Source: Ramazzottius varieornatus (Eukaryota > Animalia > Tardigrada). From it: DNA of 64,000 bases. The notes below the pieces were generated by a model, which saw only the letters and a program-made list of their open reading frames with translations, was not told where the DNA came from and did not search any database. How positions within the stretch are numbered: the stretch's first letter is position 1; every line of letters begins with the position of its first letter. The stretch covers positions 1,790,773 to 1,854,772 of the forward strand of contig BDGG01000010.1 of NCBI GenBank assembly GCA_001949185.1, given 5' to 3'. A program made the position numbers and the translations under genes. Positions 62,463 to 64,000 of the stretch are shown here, piece after piece.

Positions 62463-64000
62463 ATGGAGAGAATGAACCAGAGCCAGAGCCGGATCGAGGA
62501 CAGGAAGGTGTTTATTGGAGGCCTGGGACGCAACACTACGGACCGTAAGTCACCTTCACTTCGATAAAGTTCCTTGTCCTAGTCTGGTATCCTCAACTCA
62601 AGGTTGCAGAGAGTCTACGGAATTATTTCGGCAAGTTCGGCTCGGTGAAGGAAGTTACAATTCCTAAAAATCCCGAAGATGGTAATCCACGTGGATTTGC
62701 TTTCACCACCTTTTCCGAGGTGGCGGAAGCTACTTCGGCTTTGGCAGCAACAGAGCATGTGATTGATGGGAAGCAGGTAAAGCATGTGGATTTGCCTGAA
62801 GAAGTGTTCGGCCAGTTCCGGGCTGTTTATCCCTTTTTTCGCAGGTTGACGTAAAAGCCTGCTTTGAGAACAGTCGAAGGGGACCTGATGGAATGTGCCG
62901 CAGAGAAGCAACCGGCGATGCCCGAAACGTAGGCGCTATCCGGTTTTTGCAGGCAGACTCTTCGAGGACAAAGCAGGAAAACGTTGGCTTTCTTTATTTT
63001 TAGATGAGCGGAAATGGAGGCCCGGGTCGAAATGGGCCACAAGGAAAGACGGATCCCCAAAAGATTTTCGTGGGCGGACTGACTTTGGATACTACAAAGG
63101 AACAGCTGGAGGAAGCCCTCTCGCCATACGGAGAAGTATGTTCGGGGATAGCAACGAACAACGTTGTGCTTTTATAGTTCGAATACCTTATTAACAGGTT
63201 CAGCACGTCATTGTCATGATGGACACGGGTACAGGTCGCTCCAAAGGTAGTGCGCGCCATATTCCGACCCGCCAACTGGGCGTGCTTTTTCCCGATACTC
63301 CGTTCATCCTGCACTAAATCTTTGACTGTTCGACAGGCTTTGGTTTCGTGACATTTGGCGACAAAGGAATATGCGAGAATCTCGTCAAGCAGCACTTCAT
63401 CGAAATAGCTGGCAAGCAGGTGAGAACCAGAAATGCTGTGAAAACATTTACCGGTTCTTCTCTCAGTTAATTGACGTTCTGTGTGTATCATTTTTTGTAG
63501 GTGGAAATAAAGCCAGCCATCATTTCCGGGTCGAGATCCTACGAGCCCAGCGGTAATCAGCATACCGGCCAGTACAATGCTGGACCTCGTGATGGTCCGC
63601 GCAGTTACGAGGGACCGCGTCGAGGATCTTACAACCCGCGGGGTCGTGGAGGATATTATCAAGCAGGCGGGGACGCCAGCCATAACAGTCGCGGCTACGG
63701 ACCGAGAGGCGACGCTGGTGCCTCTTCCTGCGCAGGAAACGGCAGAAGTCGCGGTGGCCAGAATCTGCAGTGTGAGTTCGTGTCATAAACATTCATACCC
63801 TCTTTAGTCACCACTTACCAGTTGTTCATGAGTTCTCCTTTCACTGACTTTCAGACCAAACACAAGGTTCGCCGCAATGGACTCCGTACGGTCAGTATCC
63901 GCCCAGCGTTCCCGCTGAATATTCGCCCGAGGTTTACGCTAACTTCGGTACGTATTCTAAGTGGGTTGTGAGCTTCACCATAAAGGTCTCTCATCGTTCT
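62463..64000 (+). CDS. hnRNP A/B / DAZAP1 / Hrb27C-like protein (2 RRM + Gly/Tyr/Arg-rich tail), truncated by the window end
   Basis: RNP2 KVFIGGL with RNP1 RGFAFTTF; second RRM KIFVGGL..GRSKGFGFVTF..VEIKPA; RG/Y-rich tail. Confidence 0.85.

Noticed and set aside
1-64000. Prokaryotic defence systems, CRISPR arrays, horizontally acquired bacterial genes, transposase or RT ORFs
   Set aside because: All recognisable genes belong to animal families and nearly all are spliced. No repeat-spacer arrays or mobile-element proteins were seen. Most other ORF-track entries are antisense or off-frame shadows.

Overview
This is gene-dense eukaryotic (animal) genomic DNA with short GT-AG introns, mostly 50-140 nt, and about 25 protein-coding genes in 64 kb. 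The compactness and gene set fit a small-genome ecdysozoan such as a tardigrade; this is inference, not established. In order: POP7(+), TDP2(-), spinster(+), patched-domain protein(+), TAX1BP3-like PDZ protein(+), orphan AT-hook disordered protein(-), orphan secreted precursor(+), RAD17(+), ERI3(-), OGFOD1(+), ZIP zinc transporter(-), SLC26A11-like(+), IER3IP1(-), UQCR10(+), SLX1(-), PSMC3(+), IAP(+), GIPC(+), SARA/ZFYVE9(-), NRF-6-like acyltransferase(+), RCE1(-), ZNF593(-) and a 2-RRM hnRNP-like gene(+, runs off the window end). IER3IP1 and UQCR10 are absent from the ORF track, and the TAX1BP3-like PDZ exons are too; these were translated by hand. Main non-obvious signals: (1) two tandem snR38/SNORD1-type C/D snoRNAs, each in its own intron downstream of the RCE1 stop codon; (2) a heavily structured, G-U-rich 477-nt 5'UTR intron of TDP2 that may be an unannotated ncRNA; (3) a ~950-aa orphan disordered protein with an AT-hook; (4) substitutions at key residues in SLC26 (Y to D in the anion pocket), RAD17 (Walker A K to R) and the patched protein (GxxxDD lost); (5) a CTCACAT motif cluster upstream of the zinc transporter; (6) an intronic hairpin in GIPC that masks a 5' splice site. 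No prokaryotic systems, CRISPR arrays, tRNAs or rRNAs were seen. Exon boundaries were inferred by eye.
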